DNA of 64,000 nucleotides. It comes from Candidatus Cloacimonadales bacterium (GTDB lineage: Bacteria; Cloacimonadota; Cloacimonadia; Cloacimonadales; JAIOQZ01). The DNA lies in contig OY771587.1 of NCBI GenBank assembly GCA_963674825.1, positions 832,001 to 896,000 of the forward strand. Direction: 5' to 3'. Under the pieces are notes generated by a model, which saw only the letters and a program-made list of their open reading frames with translations, searched no databases and had not been told where the DNA came from. Shown one piece after another: positions 29,111-40,000 of this stretch (position 1 is the stretch's first letter; each line of letters begins with the position of its first letter). The position numbers were made by a program, and so were the translations under genes.

Positions 29111-29398
29111 CTAATCGTTTTCGGTAAGGATGTTGTAACGCAGGACAAGTTCGCTGATGCGAAGGTGCCGTTCGAGTTCGTCGATCATCTTGGGGTCAAG
29201 ATTGTAGTAGTTTACGAAGTAGTAGCCTTCACGTCTCTTCTTGATTTCATAAGCGAGTTTACGCTTTCCCCATTTCGCGGTTTCGAGGATTTCGCCACCC
29301 TCTTGTTTAATTAATTCAAGAACGGCCTGATTTTCTTTCACAGCCTGTTCTTCGGTAAGCTCGGGGTCAAACACGAGCATACTCTCGTACTTTCTCAT
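29111..29398 (-). CDS. rpsF: 30S ribosomal protein S6
   Basis: MRKYE, WGKRKLAYEIKK, VLRY. Confidence 0.97.
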   Translation of the reverse strand: MRKYESMLVFDPELTEEQAVKENQAVLELIKQEGGEILETAKWGKRKLAYEIKKRREGYYFVNYYNLDPKMIDELERHLRISELVLRYNILTEND

Positions 29399-29991
29399 TC
29401 ATTTCCTCCTTTGGTCTGATGATCCTGAAGAACTTCTTCAGAATAGGATCTTTTTATCTTACTTAAAGTATCTAATACTCTTTGGAACGGATTGCGCGCA
29501 TAGCATTCCAGAAGATCGCAACAGGTATCGATCGTGGCCTTAAGCTGCTCAGCTTCATCATCTTGAAACTTCGCCAGCACGTATTTCCGCAATTGCTGCC
29601 TGTTGGGATTTCCGATACCAATACGCATCCTGTTGAATTCGCCGGTACCGTGCATCTGGATGATATTATCCACACCGTTGTGTCCACCGGCACTGCCTCG
29701 TGTTCGGAGCCTAATGTCTCCGAGCGGAAGATTGACATCGTCAAACACGACCAGCATATCATCGAAGTCGTGCTTGCTTGCAATCTTTGCAGTGACGATT
29801 CCGCTCCGGTTCATGTAGAGTAGCGGTTTTACGATATAGAGTTCGCGGTATCTCGCAAACTGGTAATCGACGCCATCACCGAACCGGATTTCGTTCCGTT
29901 TTGCAAACTCGTCAAGGATCAAAAAACCTATGTTATGCCTGGTAAGCCGGTATTCTTCACCCGGATTACCAAGTCCAACAACTAATTTCAT
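29395..29991 (-). CDS. pth: Peptidyl-tRNA hydrolase
   Basis: VGLGNPG, TRHNIGF, YMN.SG, GGHNG. Confidence 0.97.
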   Translation of the reverse strand: MKLVVGLGNPGEEYRLTRHNIGFLILDEFAKRNEIRFGDGVDYQFARYRELYIVKPLLYMNRSGIVTAKIASKHDFDDMLVVFDDVNLPLGDIRLRTRGSAGGHNGVDNIIQMHGTGEFNRMRIGIGNPNRQQLRKYVLAKFQDDEAEQLKATIDTCCDLLECYARNPFQRVLDTLSKIKRSYSEEVLQDHQTKGGNE

Positions 29992-30605
29992 TATTCGGTT
30001 TCGGTAGCTTCAGCTTCCTCGCCTTCTTCACCTTCGTCTTCAGATGTTTCCTTGTGTGCTCTCGGCACGTGTACGGAAACGACGGGAAGTTCTTCAGCGA
30101 CTTTGGTTGTCATTTCGCCAAGGTCAAGATCGCCGACGGTGATAACATCATGCAGCTGCAGCCCGGAGATATTAACAACGATATCGTCCTTGATGTTTTT
30201 CGGCAGACTGTGACAGGTAAGCGTACGCATCATGATTTCAAGATGTCCACCCTGTTTTGTTCCTGGTGCTTCGCCTTCGAACTGAATCGGCACATCGACC
30301 TGGATTTCCTTTCCAGCGTGTAGTTCCTGGAAATCGATGTGGATAATAAGACGCGATACTGGGTGTATCTGTTTGTCTTTGATGATGGTGCGAACTTGCT
30401 CACCATCGATGTTCAGATCATAGAACGCCAATTGACCGAAGCTCTTTTTATATACAGAAAAGAAGTCTCTGTAATTGAGAAAAATCGGCATACCTTCCTT
30501 GCCTTCGCCATAGACGACAGCAGGGATGAACCCGTCTTTACGCAGGTTTTTAATATCCGATTTCTTGCCAAGCTCGCGTTTCTGTGCCTGGATTTTCAAA
30601 TTCAT
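29991..30605 (-). CDS. rplY: 50S ribosomal protein L25 (long, Ctc type)
   Basis: LRKDGFIPAVVYG, QIHPV, HIDF. Confidence 0.96.
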   Translation of the reverse strand: MNLKIQAQKRELGKKSDIKNLRKDGFIPAVVYGEGKEGMPIFLNYRDFFSVYKKSFGQLAFYDLNIDGEQVRTIIKDKQIHPVSRLIIHIDFQELHAGKEIQVDVPIQFEGEAPGTKQGGHLEIMMRTLTCHSLPKNIKDDIVVNISGLQLHDVITVGDLDLGEMTTKVAEELPVVSVHVPRAHKETSEDEGEEGEEAEATETE

Positions 30606-30619
30606 AGCATCCTCCGCTT

Positions 30620-31564
30620 CTATCGAAATAGAATACTGATCGATTCTTCGATATGTATCTTTTTTATCGCAATCGCCAGCAATTCGGCTATCGAAAGCTG
30701 GACAATCTTCTTGCTCTGTTTCTTCTCACCCAGAGGCACTGTGTTCGTAATAAACAGCTTCTCGATGGGCGAGCTCTCTATATTCTGTAGTGCGTTACCC
30801 GAAAGTACACCGTGCGCGCATGCCGCATAAATCTTCTCAGCGCCGAAGTCCTTCAGCCCCTTGGCGATCTTGCAGAGGCTTCCCGCCGTGTCAACGATAT
30901 CGTCAAACAGAATCGCAGTCTTGCCTTTCACATCGCCAATGATATTCAGTACCTCAGCGTTATCGTCATTTCCGACTCTGCGCTTATCGCCAATCGCCAG
31001 GCCCAGGTTGAGCCTGTCTGCGAATCCGCGCGCGCGGTTCGCACCACCCGAATCGGGAGAAACGACGACCGCATTGGTCAGATCAATATTCGCTTTGAAG
31101 AACCTTGCGAAGATCGGCAGCGAGATCAGATGATCCACCGGGATGTTAAAAAATCCCTGGATCTGATCGGCGTGCAGATCGACGGTAATCACGCGATGAG
31201 CTCCGGCAGTCTCGATGAGATCGGCCACCAGCTTCGCGGTAATCGGCACACGCGGTTGATCCTTTTTATCGGATCGAGCGTATCCATAATAGGGTATCAC
31301 ACAATTAATCCGGCTTGCCGACGCTCTCTTGAGTGCGTCGATCATGATCAACAGCTCCATGAGGTTGTCGTTCACCGGGTAACATACTGGCTGTATAATG
31401 AACACGTCGGCACCACGGACGTTTTCGTTGATCTTCACGAACGAATCGTCGTTCGAGAACTTGAAAACTTCCGCATCACCAAGCGGGATACCGGCAAGTG
31501 TTGTCACTTCCTTTGCCAGTTCTACGTTAGCGCGACCGGTAAAAATCCGTAAACGCGAGAACAT
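30620..31564 (-). CDS. prs: Ribose-phosphate pyrophosphokinase
   Basis: NDNLMELL, PYYGYAR, DLHA.QIQGFF, VVSPD.GG, DDIVDTAGS. Confidence 0.98.
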   Translation of the reverse strand: MFSRLRIFTGRANVELAKEVTTLAGIPLGDAEVFKFSNDDSFVKINENVRGADVFIIQPVCYPVNDNLMELLIMIDALKRASASRINCVIPYYGYARSDKKDQPRVPITAKLVADLIETAGAHRVITVDLHADQIQGFFNIPVDHLISLPIFARFFKANIDLTNAVVVSPDSGGANRARGFADRLNLGLAIGDKRRVGNDDNAEVLNIIGDVKGKTAILFDDIVDTAGSLCKIAKGLKDFGAEKIYAACAHGVLSGNALQNIESSPIEKLFITNTVPLGEKKQSKKIVQLSIAELLAIAIKKIHIEESISILFR

Positions 31565-31565
31565 C

Positions 31566-32477
31566 TCACACCGCCTTACATTTTTTCATTGTCCGTGTGA
31601 GGCAGGTCCAATAACCTTTCTCCTCAAAACGGCGGACAACATCCCTGGTATCAATCGAGTCATCGAGGTAACCGATGCATGTTGGGCCACTGCCCGATAG
31701 CATCGCCGGGATTCCGCTGTTCTCCATCTCCACGATAATCTCGTCGATGATGGGATACTGCTTCCTGATTCCGGGCTCCAGCACGTTGTTGAGCTGTCCC
31801 GATACCAGATAATCCCGCATCTCCCGCATCAACCTCGAACGGTCTTTCGCGGCTGCATTCACAGCGTAAAGCTTGTAGGCTTCCGCGCTGGAAACATCGA
31901 ATCTTGGATTGACCAGCAGGATTTCCTGCTCCGGTAAATCCGGCAAAGGTTCGATCGTCTCGCCTCGTCCAGTTCCAAGCGCCATGCCTCCTTCGAGGAA
32001 GAAATTGATATCGCTTCCAAACTTCGATGCGATATCGTGCATCTCTTCTTGTGAAAGGTTCAGCGACCACAGCTCGGACAACGCCGAGATCGTAGCCGCA
32101 GCATTGCTGCTTCCACCGCCGAGACCCGCCGCTACGGGGATCCTCTTTTCGAGCCGCACTTGCACACCCGACTCGACTTGATACTGCTCCTGTATAAAGA
32201 ACGCAAGCCGGCAGATAAGGTTCTGCCGGTTTTGCAGAGATTTTATGTTCGTCAAAATCTCGACATCGCGTTTTTTTGTCAAAGTAAAAATAAGTGTATC
32301 ATGGAGTTCCAGTTCCTGGAAAACCGTTATGATTTCGTGATAGCCGTCTGGACGGCGTTCAACGATATCAAGATACCTGTTTATTTTTGCTCTTGATTTT
32401 CTTTCCCTTTGCTGTTCGATTTTGGTCCTGCTCTCCGTAGTAGTAGTAATAGTAGTAGTAGTAGTAATAGTAGCCAT
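31566..32477 (-). CDS. ispE: 4-diphosphocytidyl-2-C-methyl-D-erythritol kinase (start uncertain, overlaps wzc)
   Basis: AKIN.YL, DGYHEI, IPVAAGLGGGSSNAA, GSD, MLSGSGPT; the nearest in-frame ATG is at 32477 inside wzc. Confidence 0.93.
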   Translation of the reverse strand: MATITTTTTITTTTESRTKIEQQRERKSRAKINRYLDIVERRPDGYHEIITVFQELELHDTLIFTLTKKRDVEILTNIKSLQNRQNLICRLAFFIQEQYQVESGVQVRLEKRIPVAAGLGGGSSNAAATISALSELWSLNLSQEEMHDIASKFGSDINFFLEGGMALGTGRGETIEPLPDLPEQEILLVNPRFDVSSAEAYKLYAVNAAAKDRSRLMREMRDYLVSGQLNNVLEPGIRKQYPIIDEIIVEMENSGIPAMLSGSGPTCIGYLDDSIDTRDVVRRFEEKGYWTCLTRTMKKCKAV

Positions 32478-34650
32478 AACCACTATAGTACTTCTGCACT
32501 TCCACACCGTTGACGATCACGCCCGAGATAAGGACGTTCACATTACCCAGGATTTCCTTGGTACGCTTGATGATCTGACGATCGGTTACACCGATACGAA
32601 CCACCAGCGTCATCATATCGACTTTTTTGGAGAGAATCAGCGCGTCGGTCACCGCGATAATGGGCGGGGAGTCGAAAAGGACGAAGTCATAATGAGCCTT
32701 AAGCTCTTCGAGCATCTGGTCCATACGCTTGGAAGCGATAATCTCCGAAGGATTGGGCGGCACGAAACCGCTCGTGATGATATCCAGATTGGGGATGTCC
32801 GTCTTCTTCACGACGTCTTCAATCTTGAGCGAATGATCGATCAGATAGTCGCTGCTACCGCGCTCTTTGCTACGGTTGAAGAGGTTGTGAATCATGGGAC
32901 GTCTAAGGTCGAGGTCACAAAGGACGACCTTCGCGTCCATTTGTGCGACAGCGATCGCCAGGTTCGCATTCGAAGTGGATTTACCTTCCTTCGGACCGGC
33001 GCTGGTGATCAGGATTGCCAGCGGACCATCGTGCATCTTCTTGGAGATGATGTTCGTTCTGAGCGTACGATAGGATTCCGCAACCGGCGATTTGGGCGCG
33101 TAATGAGTGATAAGACGCGCAATCATATTGAACTGAGAGATCTGGAGCTGTTTCTTCTCTTCACCCTCAGCTTTTTGTATCATCTTTTCAAGGTCTTCGA
33201 TATCGCTCTCTGCCACGTGGATGAACGGAATCGTACCCATGATGGGCAGACGCACGAAGCTTTCCATATCGTCCAGCGTACGAAGCTTGGTATCCAGCGA
33301 GTGGATAAGGAACGTGCTACCGATACCCAGACCAATACCCAGAAGAATACCGATCAGCATATTCAAGGCTTTTTTGGGCTTGATCGGCGAGCGCGGGATG
33401 TCCGCATGTTCGACCATCTGGATGTTACCCATCTTCGCCTGCTCTGCAATCTTGGCATCTTCATGTTTTTCGACGAGCATCGAGTATATTTTCTCGTTCA
33501 TTCGGTATGAACGTTCCAGACGCGCGAGTTGTAGCTCCGTGTCGGGCAAGATACTCATCTGTATCTTGTACGTCTCGAGCGCATCCTGGATACTCGACAC
33601 CTTGGATTGCGCCACATTTTGGTCAATTCTGGCCTTAGCGATATCCTCAATAAGCGATGCGCGGTAAACGAGCGGATCGGACGAACCGGCACGAACCGAA
33701 ACAACACGTTCGATCTCGCTGTTCAGCTTTACTTTAGCGCTCTCGATTTCTTTGTTCAGTTCGACCAATTCTGGGTGATTTTCGGTATATTCTTTCTTTG
33801 TCAGGAGCTTGGCATAGCGCGACTGGCTCTCGACAACGTTCTTACGAAGCTGTTCAAGCAGGGGCGATGTCAAAATCGAGTTTACATTCAGTAGCAGTGA
33901 GTCCTGCTTACCGAGTTCTCTATGAAGATATTCAAGGCGCCGGTTCGCAATCTGAAATTCAGTTTGAGCATCCTGCAGCATCGCATCCAGATCGGATGCC
34001 TGTTCGATAAGCTGCGTTGTTTCTTCGGAGAGCATGGATATACCCTGGTCACGCTTGTAGCGACGGAGTTCTTCTTCAGATTCGCGCAAGCGACGAGCCA
34101 TCGATTCAAGTGTGTTTTCGAGGAATTCGCGAATTGTGGTAAGTTCAGCCTTAGCGCTGCGAGTATTGAGCTGAATCAATGCTTCGGCAACAGCATTTGC
34201 AACAAGGCTCGCCTCAAGCGGATTCGTCGATTCACAATGAACGGAAAGGATATCGGTATCGCGCTTCGCTTCGACGTAGATCATGCCGCGAATCTTTCGA
34301 GCTTGATTATCGTACTGGTAAAGCGGTAACGATTCATACTCCGCATCCTTGCTAAGTATTTCCACTGCAAGCTGCAATACCGGACGACTCTTGAGAATCT
34401 CGATCTGGTTATTGATCGAAGTGTTGGATATTCCCGCTGTGGGTAAAAACATCTGTTCCTGTTTCGTCTCGATCAAAAGACTGCTGACAGCCTCGTAGAT
34501 CTTTGGAGAACGGACAGTATAAATGAATGTTGCCACAACGACAACCAGAAACACAAGCAGTACAACCCATTTCAGCTGAAAGATAATACGTAAATAGTCC
34601 GATAGCCTGAATTCTTGTTCTTCGACTACATTCGGTTTAAAATTCTGCAT
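32368..34650 (-). CDS. wzc: Polysaccharide biosynthesis tyrosine autokinase (Wzc-like BY-kinase)
   Basis: Two TMs around a coiled-coil; ESYRTLRTN, GPKEGKST, DLDLRRP, FDSPP; C-terminal Tyr cluster. Confidence 0.95.
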   Translation of the reverse strand: MQNFKPNVVEEQEFRLSDYLRIIFQLKWVVLLVFLVVVVATFIYTVRSPKIYEAVSSLLIETKQEQMFLPTAGISNTSINNQIEILKSRPVLQLAVEILSKDAEYESLPLYQYDNQARKIRGMIYVEAKRDTDILSVHCESTNPLEASLVANAVAEALIQLNTRSAKAELTTIREFLENTLESMARRLRESEEELRRYKRDQGISMLSEETTQLIEQASDLDAMLQDAQTEFQIANRRLEYLHRELGKQDSLLLNVNSILTSPLLEQLRKNVVESQSRYAKLLTKKEYTENHPELVELNKEIESAKVKLNSEIERVVSVRAGSSDPLVYRASLIEDIAKARIDQNVAQSKVSSIQDALETYKIQMSILPDTELQLARLERSYRMNEKIYSMLVEKHEDAKIAEQAKMGNIQMVEHADIPRSPIKPKKALNMLIGILLGIGLGIGSTFLIHSLDTKLRTLDDMESFVRLPIMGTIPFIHVAESDIEDLEKMIQKAEGEEKKQLQISQFNMIARLITHYAPKSPVAESYRTLRTNIISKKMHDGPLAILITSAGPKEGKSTSNANLAIAVAQMDAKVVLCDLDLRRPMIHNLFNRSKERGSSDYLIDHSLKIEDVVKKTDIPNLDIITSGFVPPNPSEIIASKRMDQMLEELKAHYDFVLFDSPPIIAVTDALILSKKVDMMTLVVRIGVTDRQIIKRTKEILGNVNVLISGVIVNGVEVQKYYSGYGYYYYYYYYYYYYGEQDQNRTAKGKKIKSKNKQVS
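32437..32472 (-). repeat. (TAY)12 trinucleotide tract encoding 12 consecutive Tyr
   Basis: tac tat tac tac tac tac tac tat tac tac tac tac. Confidence 0.95.
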
Positions 34651-34683
34651 AATTCCTCAATATATCGATGATAGGTATTCTCG

Positions 34684-35166
34684 TTACATATTTGTGATCA
34701 TTGTCACAACACTGAGCACAATTGCGATCTTCGAGACGAAGTCCGCAAAGCGGAAGAAAGCGTAGTACAGCGTACCGGACACAATCACAGTATCGCCGGG
34801 TTTCATGAGGGGAATCAGGCTTTCGTCACCGGTATCGATATATTTTTCGAGATCGATGAAGATGACCTTTTCGCCTTCGGCCGATGGACGAATGATGCGA
34901 ACTTGCGAGAGTTTCGCGTCTTCTGTGGGGCCGCCGGCAAGCGACATGAGCGTAAGAAGGTCCGTATCATCCGGGATGATATAAAGACCAGGCTTAAGCA
35001 CCTGTCCCCAGATATAGCTGTAAATCTTCAGCTGTTCTGATCCGGAAATCGTTCCGGAAAAGAAATATGCCGAAGAATTATTCGCGGCCTGGAAATTTAC
35101 CTGATCCTGACCATAAAGGCAAAATGCCATCAAAAGCACCATTCCGAGTAAAACGTATCTTTTCAC
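34684..35166 (-). CDS. SLBB-domain polysaccharide export-associated protein (short Wza-like)
   Basis: Signal peptide from GTG 35166; IWGQVLKPGLY...LAGG.TEDA...MKPGDTVIV; C-terminal hydrophobic helix; upstream of wzc. Confidence 0.85.
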   Translation of the reverse strand: MKRYVLLGMVLLMAFCLYGQDQVNFQAANNSSAYFFSGTISGSEQLKIYSYIWGQVLKPGLYIIPDDTDLLTLMSLAGGPTEDAKLSQVRIIRPSAEGEKVIFIDLEKYIDTGDESLIPLMKPGDTVIVSGTLYYAFFRFADFVSKIAIVLSVVTMITNM

Positions 35167-35227
35167 AATCACCTCTTCCCCAATTTTGTCAAAAAAGTTC
35201 ATCATCGTCACCTGCGTCAAGTATTTT

Positions 35228-36046
35228 TCATTCCACATAGAATTCAGTTTCAAGCGATTCGGAGCCTATTCCCGATTCGAGTGTGGCATCCTGTTCGCCA
35301 AATGCATCCACGCGCCAGTAATATGTTCCGCCAATCAACGGGCTTCCAGTGTAGTCCACTGTAAGATATAATTGATCCGGATCGGTGTCAGTCTGGTCGT
35401 ATTGCCATATACGCTGGCGATTTTCGTCGAACAGTAAAACGCGATATTTTGAGATCGATCCGCTGGAGAGGATTTCCCATTTGAATGTCAAATCATTGGC
35501 ATCGACAAGTTCATGATAATACGGCTCGTGAATCAGCGGTTTTTCCAATAGGTAATAACTCACCGTGTCGGAGACCGTATGATTACCCGAAGTATCGTAG
35601 GCATCGATGTAGTAGTACCATTCGTTGTTGATCGCTGTATTTCCGCCGGTATTCAGCGTCGCGTCGAGATAGACTACGCCTTCGGATGCGCGGACGGAAT
35701 CGATCTGGGTAAGCCCTTGAATGCCAAGAGCATTCTTATAGAACCTGTAGATACGAACGAAATCAACGTCCGAGTCTGCGAACGGAGCCCATTGCAGACG
35801 AAGCCAGTCACCGCTGGAAACGGCATCGATACCGTTGTTGTCGTCGTTCAGATCATCGATCTGGACCGGTGTGTTACCTTCAGGGTATGTGATCTCATAC
35901 GTAGTGCCACCATCACCGTTGTCGCCCAGATGGTGAATGAGGTCTGGTTTGAACGGAGGTGTTTTATCACCTTCGGTCGTTTCGTCTCCGGTACAGCCCA
36001 TCAGCAGCAGAGATATTGCAAGAACGATCCCAAATAGACGCAACAT
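35228..36046 (-). CDS. Lipoprotein with FN3/Ig-like domains
   Basis: Lipobox LLMG-C; LQW...YY.IDAYD.SGN and TFKW...YYWRVDA motifs. Confidence 0.8.
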   Translation of the reverse strand: MLRLFGIVLAISLLLMGCTGDETTEGDKTPPFKPDLIHHLGDNGDGGTTYEITYPEGNTPVQIDDLNDDNNGIDAVSSGDWLRLQWAPFADSDVDFVRIYRFYKNALGIQGLTQIDSVRASEGVVYLDATLNTGGNTAINNEWYYYIDAYDTSGNHTVSDTVSYYLLEKPLIHEPYYHELVDANDLTFKWEILSSGSISKYRVLLFDENRQRIWQYDQTDTDPDQLYLTVDYTGSPLIGGTYYWRVDAFGEQDATLESGIGSESLETEFYVE

Positions 36047-36066
36047 AATCATCTCCCCTTTCATCG

Positions 36067-37080
36067 TTAGTAGATGAATTTGATACCAACGCGGTGCGTA
36101 TCGCCCAGGACATTGGTCACAAAAGCATAATCCAGGGCGAAGTTCCAGAATTTCAGGGTCACGCCGCTGGAGAAGTTTTTATCGTAGTAACCGCTACGGA
36201 GGGCGAGGGTCTCATCGTACTCCCATTCCATTCCGTAATGATAGATATCCTTATACTCATAATCGACATCCATGGCAAGGATAAATTTCGATTTCCAGGC
36301 CGGAATAGGCTGCGTGAGGGCATAACCGGTCTTTGTCGATTGCATGATCTCGTCTTCGTGGTCAGATTCGGTGTCCCATGTAATTGTGGTTCCTCCGATA
36401 TCTTTGAAGTTCACTGCGGCAGTTATATAACCGAGTCCCTTGGTGTCAAGAAGCACCGCCAGATCGGTCTTCATCATGACTGCTACATCGAAGCCCATGC
36501 CGCTACCCATGTTTTCATAGAGCTCGCGCTTGATATATTTGATGTTACCGCCAAAATTGATATCGACCGGGAGCTCGAAGAAGAGCCATCCGAGATCGAC
36601 ATCGGCGTGGATATTTTTCGAGAACGCGAACTGATACATGTCATCAAGGCTCTTGAAATACTCATCCGTCTCACCGGGAAGGTGAAGATCCGGATCGGAA
36701 GAGCGCTGATCTACTGTAGTTCCCAAGAGATATTCTTCGTCGTAATAAGGGATATCTTCCACGGTCAGCCTTGTCCAGTTCAGAGCGATGGTCACATTGC
36801 TCGGCAGCGGTTGTGCGAAGGTAAGGTTATCGTAAGTCGCGAGGTCTTTATAGAGGAAGGCATGCATGAAACTGAGCTCGGATTTCTTGATCTGAGCCAG
36901 TCCGGCAGGATTCCAGTATATGGCGATACCGTTATCGGCAATACCGGCATACGCGCCACCCATACCCAATGGGCGGACACCCGAGCCGATCGCCATGAAG
37001 TCGCCAGCATAACGTCCGGCAAATAAGAACGCCGTTGTCAGCAGAAATGCCACGATCAGGATTTGCTTTTTCATATCCAT
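36067..37080 (-). CDS. PorV/UPF0164-like outer-membrane beta-barrel (FadL-like fold)
   Basis: GVRPLGMGGAY...AIYWNPAGLA N-terminal motif, DYAF...LG.THR C-terminus; directly after the C25 peptidase. Confidence 0.85.
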   Translation of the reverse strand: MDMKKQILIVAFLLTTAFLFAGRYAGDFMAIGSGVRPLGMGGAYAGIADNGIAIYWNPAGLAQIKKSELSFMHAFLYKDLATYDNLTFAQPLPSNVTIALNWTRLTVEDIPYYDEEYLLGTTVDQRSSDPDLHLPGETDEYFKSLDDMYQFAFSKNIHADVDLGWLFFELPVDINFGGNIKYIKRELYENMGSGMGFDVAVMMKTDLAVLLDTKGLGYITAAVNFKDIGGTTITWDTESDHEDEIMQSTKTGYALTQPIPAWKSKFILAMDVDYEYKDIYHYGMEWEYDETLALRSGYYDKNFSSGVTLKFWNFALDYAFVTNVLGDTHRVGIKFIY

Positions 37081-37088
37081 CTACTCCA

Positions 37089-40000
37089 TTATCTCAGGAT
37101 TGCCATTTTGTAGGTCTTCTCAATTTCTTTCGAGCCTTTTTTTGCCACAACCCGATAGAAATAGACACCATTTGCCAGGTATTCCCCGTTCTTATCACGG
37201 CAATCCCAGCCCTTCGTCGTTCTTGGATACTCATGGTATCCGACAGAGGTAGGAAGATCTTTGAATTCCTTTACCAGACGTCCACTCACGGTGTAGATTT
37301 TAATCTTCACCTTATCGGCGTCGTCGGTTAAAACATATGTGAACCGCGTACGACCAATATTGTCGCGATGCTTCGCGTTCGATATCACCGGATTGGGATA
37401 ATTCGCCACGTTGATGATATCGAAGGATGTATTTACCTTAAAAGGAATCGTGCGTTCGTTATAGTTTCCGTTTACGTCGCTACAACTGATCAGCATGGTG
37501 TATTCGCCGTGCTCCAGGTTGAGCGGGTACTTGAGTGGTACAGACGTCAAGTCGCCGGCCACGGTTGTGACTGTGTATTCCGTCGTTGGGAGTTCCTGCC
37601 CATCCAGATAGAGCCGGATCGGATGATCGATGACATCGATACCGTTCGCGTCGGAACAGGTGAAAGAAATCACACCGGAACCAGAAATATACCCGCCCTG
37701 CGTGAATTCCTGATCCTCAACGTTCGCATCAATCTGTGGGATTGTAGTATCGTCGTTATAAAACACCGTGTAGATGCCAAGACGGTTTGTCTCAACCATC
37801 ACTTCATCTTCGGTCGCTGACGTCATGCCGCCAACTGAGACCCACTTACGATAATCTTCTTCCCAGCGATATATGTGGAATCGATTGTCTGATTCGCGAA
37901 TGGTGTTGATGGAATCGCTTCCGGCATAGTGGAAAGTGAGTTTCACTCTGGCGTTGCCGGGAAGCGTGCCCGTCGAATCAGCCAGAAGGCTCTCATCGAG
38001 GATGCGAATCTCGTAAGGCATCGACGAAGATGAATTGGCAAGCGTGATGTCATATACATCGGGCATCTCAACCACTTCGTCAACCTCAGTGACAGACAGC
38101 ATTCCGATTGTGCTGTCAGGGAATGTTCCCATCGGGATTTCTACATCGAGGTTCCCATCGATGCTGGTAGCCACATTGTCAGTATACGTGAGAATGAACG
38201 GGTTGATCGTGATCGTAAGGCTCTTGCTGTTGAGTGAGTAACTGCTCTCGGTGAAAGAGTGCTCCTCATTGATTTTCACCCAAAATTTATACGTTCCGGG
38301 CTCGGTCGGGAGCTTCAGTGTTACCCATGTCTGATCTGTCGTATCAAGAGTCGGGCATATATTTGTCGAGATCAACCGGAATCGATCACCGCTCGACAAT
38401 TCATGATAGAGCCTTGCCGAAGCTTCCGGAGAACTGGTAAGGCCGTAGTTGCGCACCAATGCTCTCAGCACTGGCTCGTGATTTTCTTCGCCGGTCTCGA
38501 TGCTCATAATTCGAAGATCGGGACCTTCGATCTCGTAGAAATACTGTTTACTCTGGAGTGTGTCGCCGAGGCTGTCTTCGATCTGGTATTTGTATTTCAC
38601 GGTGTACCCGGCGTCGAAAGGCGGTATCTTGCCATCGGAGAGCCAGGTATCTTCATCCTCGGAGTAAACCATATCAATGGTTCCAGTATTGGTCGGATCT
38701 TCCGAAAGCCACCAGTTAACATCTACGCCAGCAACGCCTTCATCGTCAAAGAATCTCGCGCTGAGGCTGACGCTGTCGTTTGCGGTGGGGATATCGGGTA
38801 TTGTTACCGGATCGACGATCGCGGACTTTCCGACGGTAAAGTTCGTGTAACCGGCTACCTCTCCATTTGCACCATAACCGATCACCTTGATCATGCGGCC
38901 ATAAATGCTACCGCTACTTGTGGGAACCAAGTAGTTCGTCTGGAACTGGCCATTCGTAACGATAATGGGATACGGAACATTGATACGTACACCGTCATCA
39001 TCGTAAACCTGATAGGTTGCGGCAACGACGTCTGTTCCAAGATTGGCGCTGATTGTGATCGTTTCATCCTCAGAGGGCGTGTAATCGCTCAATGTAACTT
39101 CCGCCTCGCGAGACGGAACGCTGAGCCGGATCATGGGATCACCTGACAGGATTGTGCCATAAGTGAGTGCATATTTCGGATTCGTACTGGTTATTTCAGC
39201 CCACACGCGTGACTTGACATACGTAATCAGTTCACCCATATTCAGGATACCGTATTTGAAAAGCCCCTCATTCAGATAAACGCTGAAGTTGTAGTCGTAT
39301 ACAAGATATCCGAGTCCAGAGAAACCAACATGTCCGATCGCGCCTGCTTCCGGCGTCATCACGAACACTTCGGACATGGAGACCATGCCTCGAGTATCGA
39401 ACGAAGAGCAATAACAAGCCATGCTGCTGACAAACGGGTAGTTGTCGTTGGTCAGGGTGGTTACGTCGTTACTGTTAAGCAGATCGTAGTCAGCCCAGAT
39501 ACGACCACCACCGTGGCCCATGAACTGCAGGAAGAGCGTTCCCTGCTCGATATAATCCTTCAGAATGAAAGTACCGCCGAAAAATTCCTGCGGAACACTC
39601 TGTACAGCTGTGTAAACACGATCCGATTCGAATCTTTTGGGAACATAATTACTGATAAGGCTCTCGCTATCCTGCGCAAAGATGTCGTCGTCGTCGCTCG
39701 CTTTACCGCCAGCAGCATATGTCATGCGGGAATGCCACATGTCATCGTAGTTAGGATTCTCGATGTAGTGCTGAGTTTTCTGCGCAACAGGAAGAATCTG
39801 GTCGGATTGCCAGACATTGATACGCGCGATATGAACTTCCGGTACACCGTCGTCGCCTTCTATACAGGCGTAATCGTTATCGCTGGCCGTATAGCCATGC
39901 TTGTAGGTCCAGTAGAACCGGATGGGGATCATGTTGTAGTAGCGATTGACGCTATCGTCCCGCTCATCGTATGTTCCTTCGCCAAGCAGCAGGACGTGGG

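Noticed and set aside
31560..31570. tRNA-Gln often found between ispE and prs
   Set aside because: Only 1 nt separates the genes; no tRNA is present here and none was recognised elsewhere in the window
32422..33510. 362-aa plus-strand ORF, and similar long ones at 24655-25533, 30812-31552, 36094-37026, 38259-39146, 44796-45935 and 61994-62809
   Set aside because: Antisense shadows of well-identified minus-strand genes; no motifs, V/D/H/R-rich composition typical of reverse-frame codon bias
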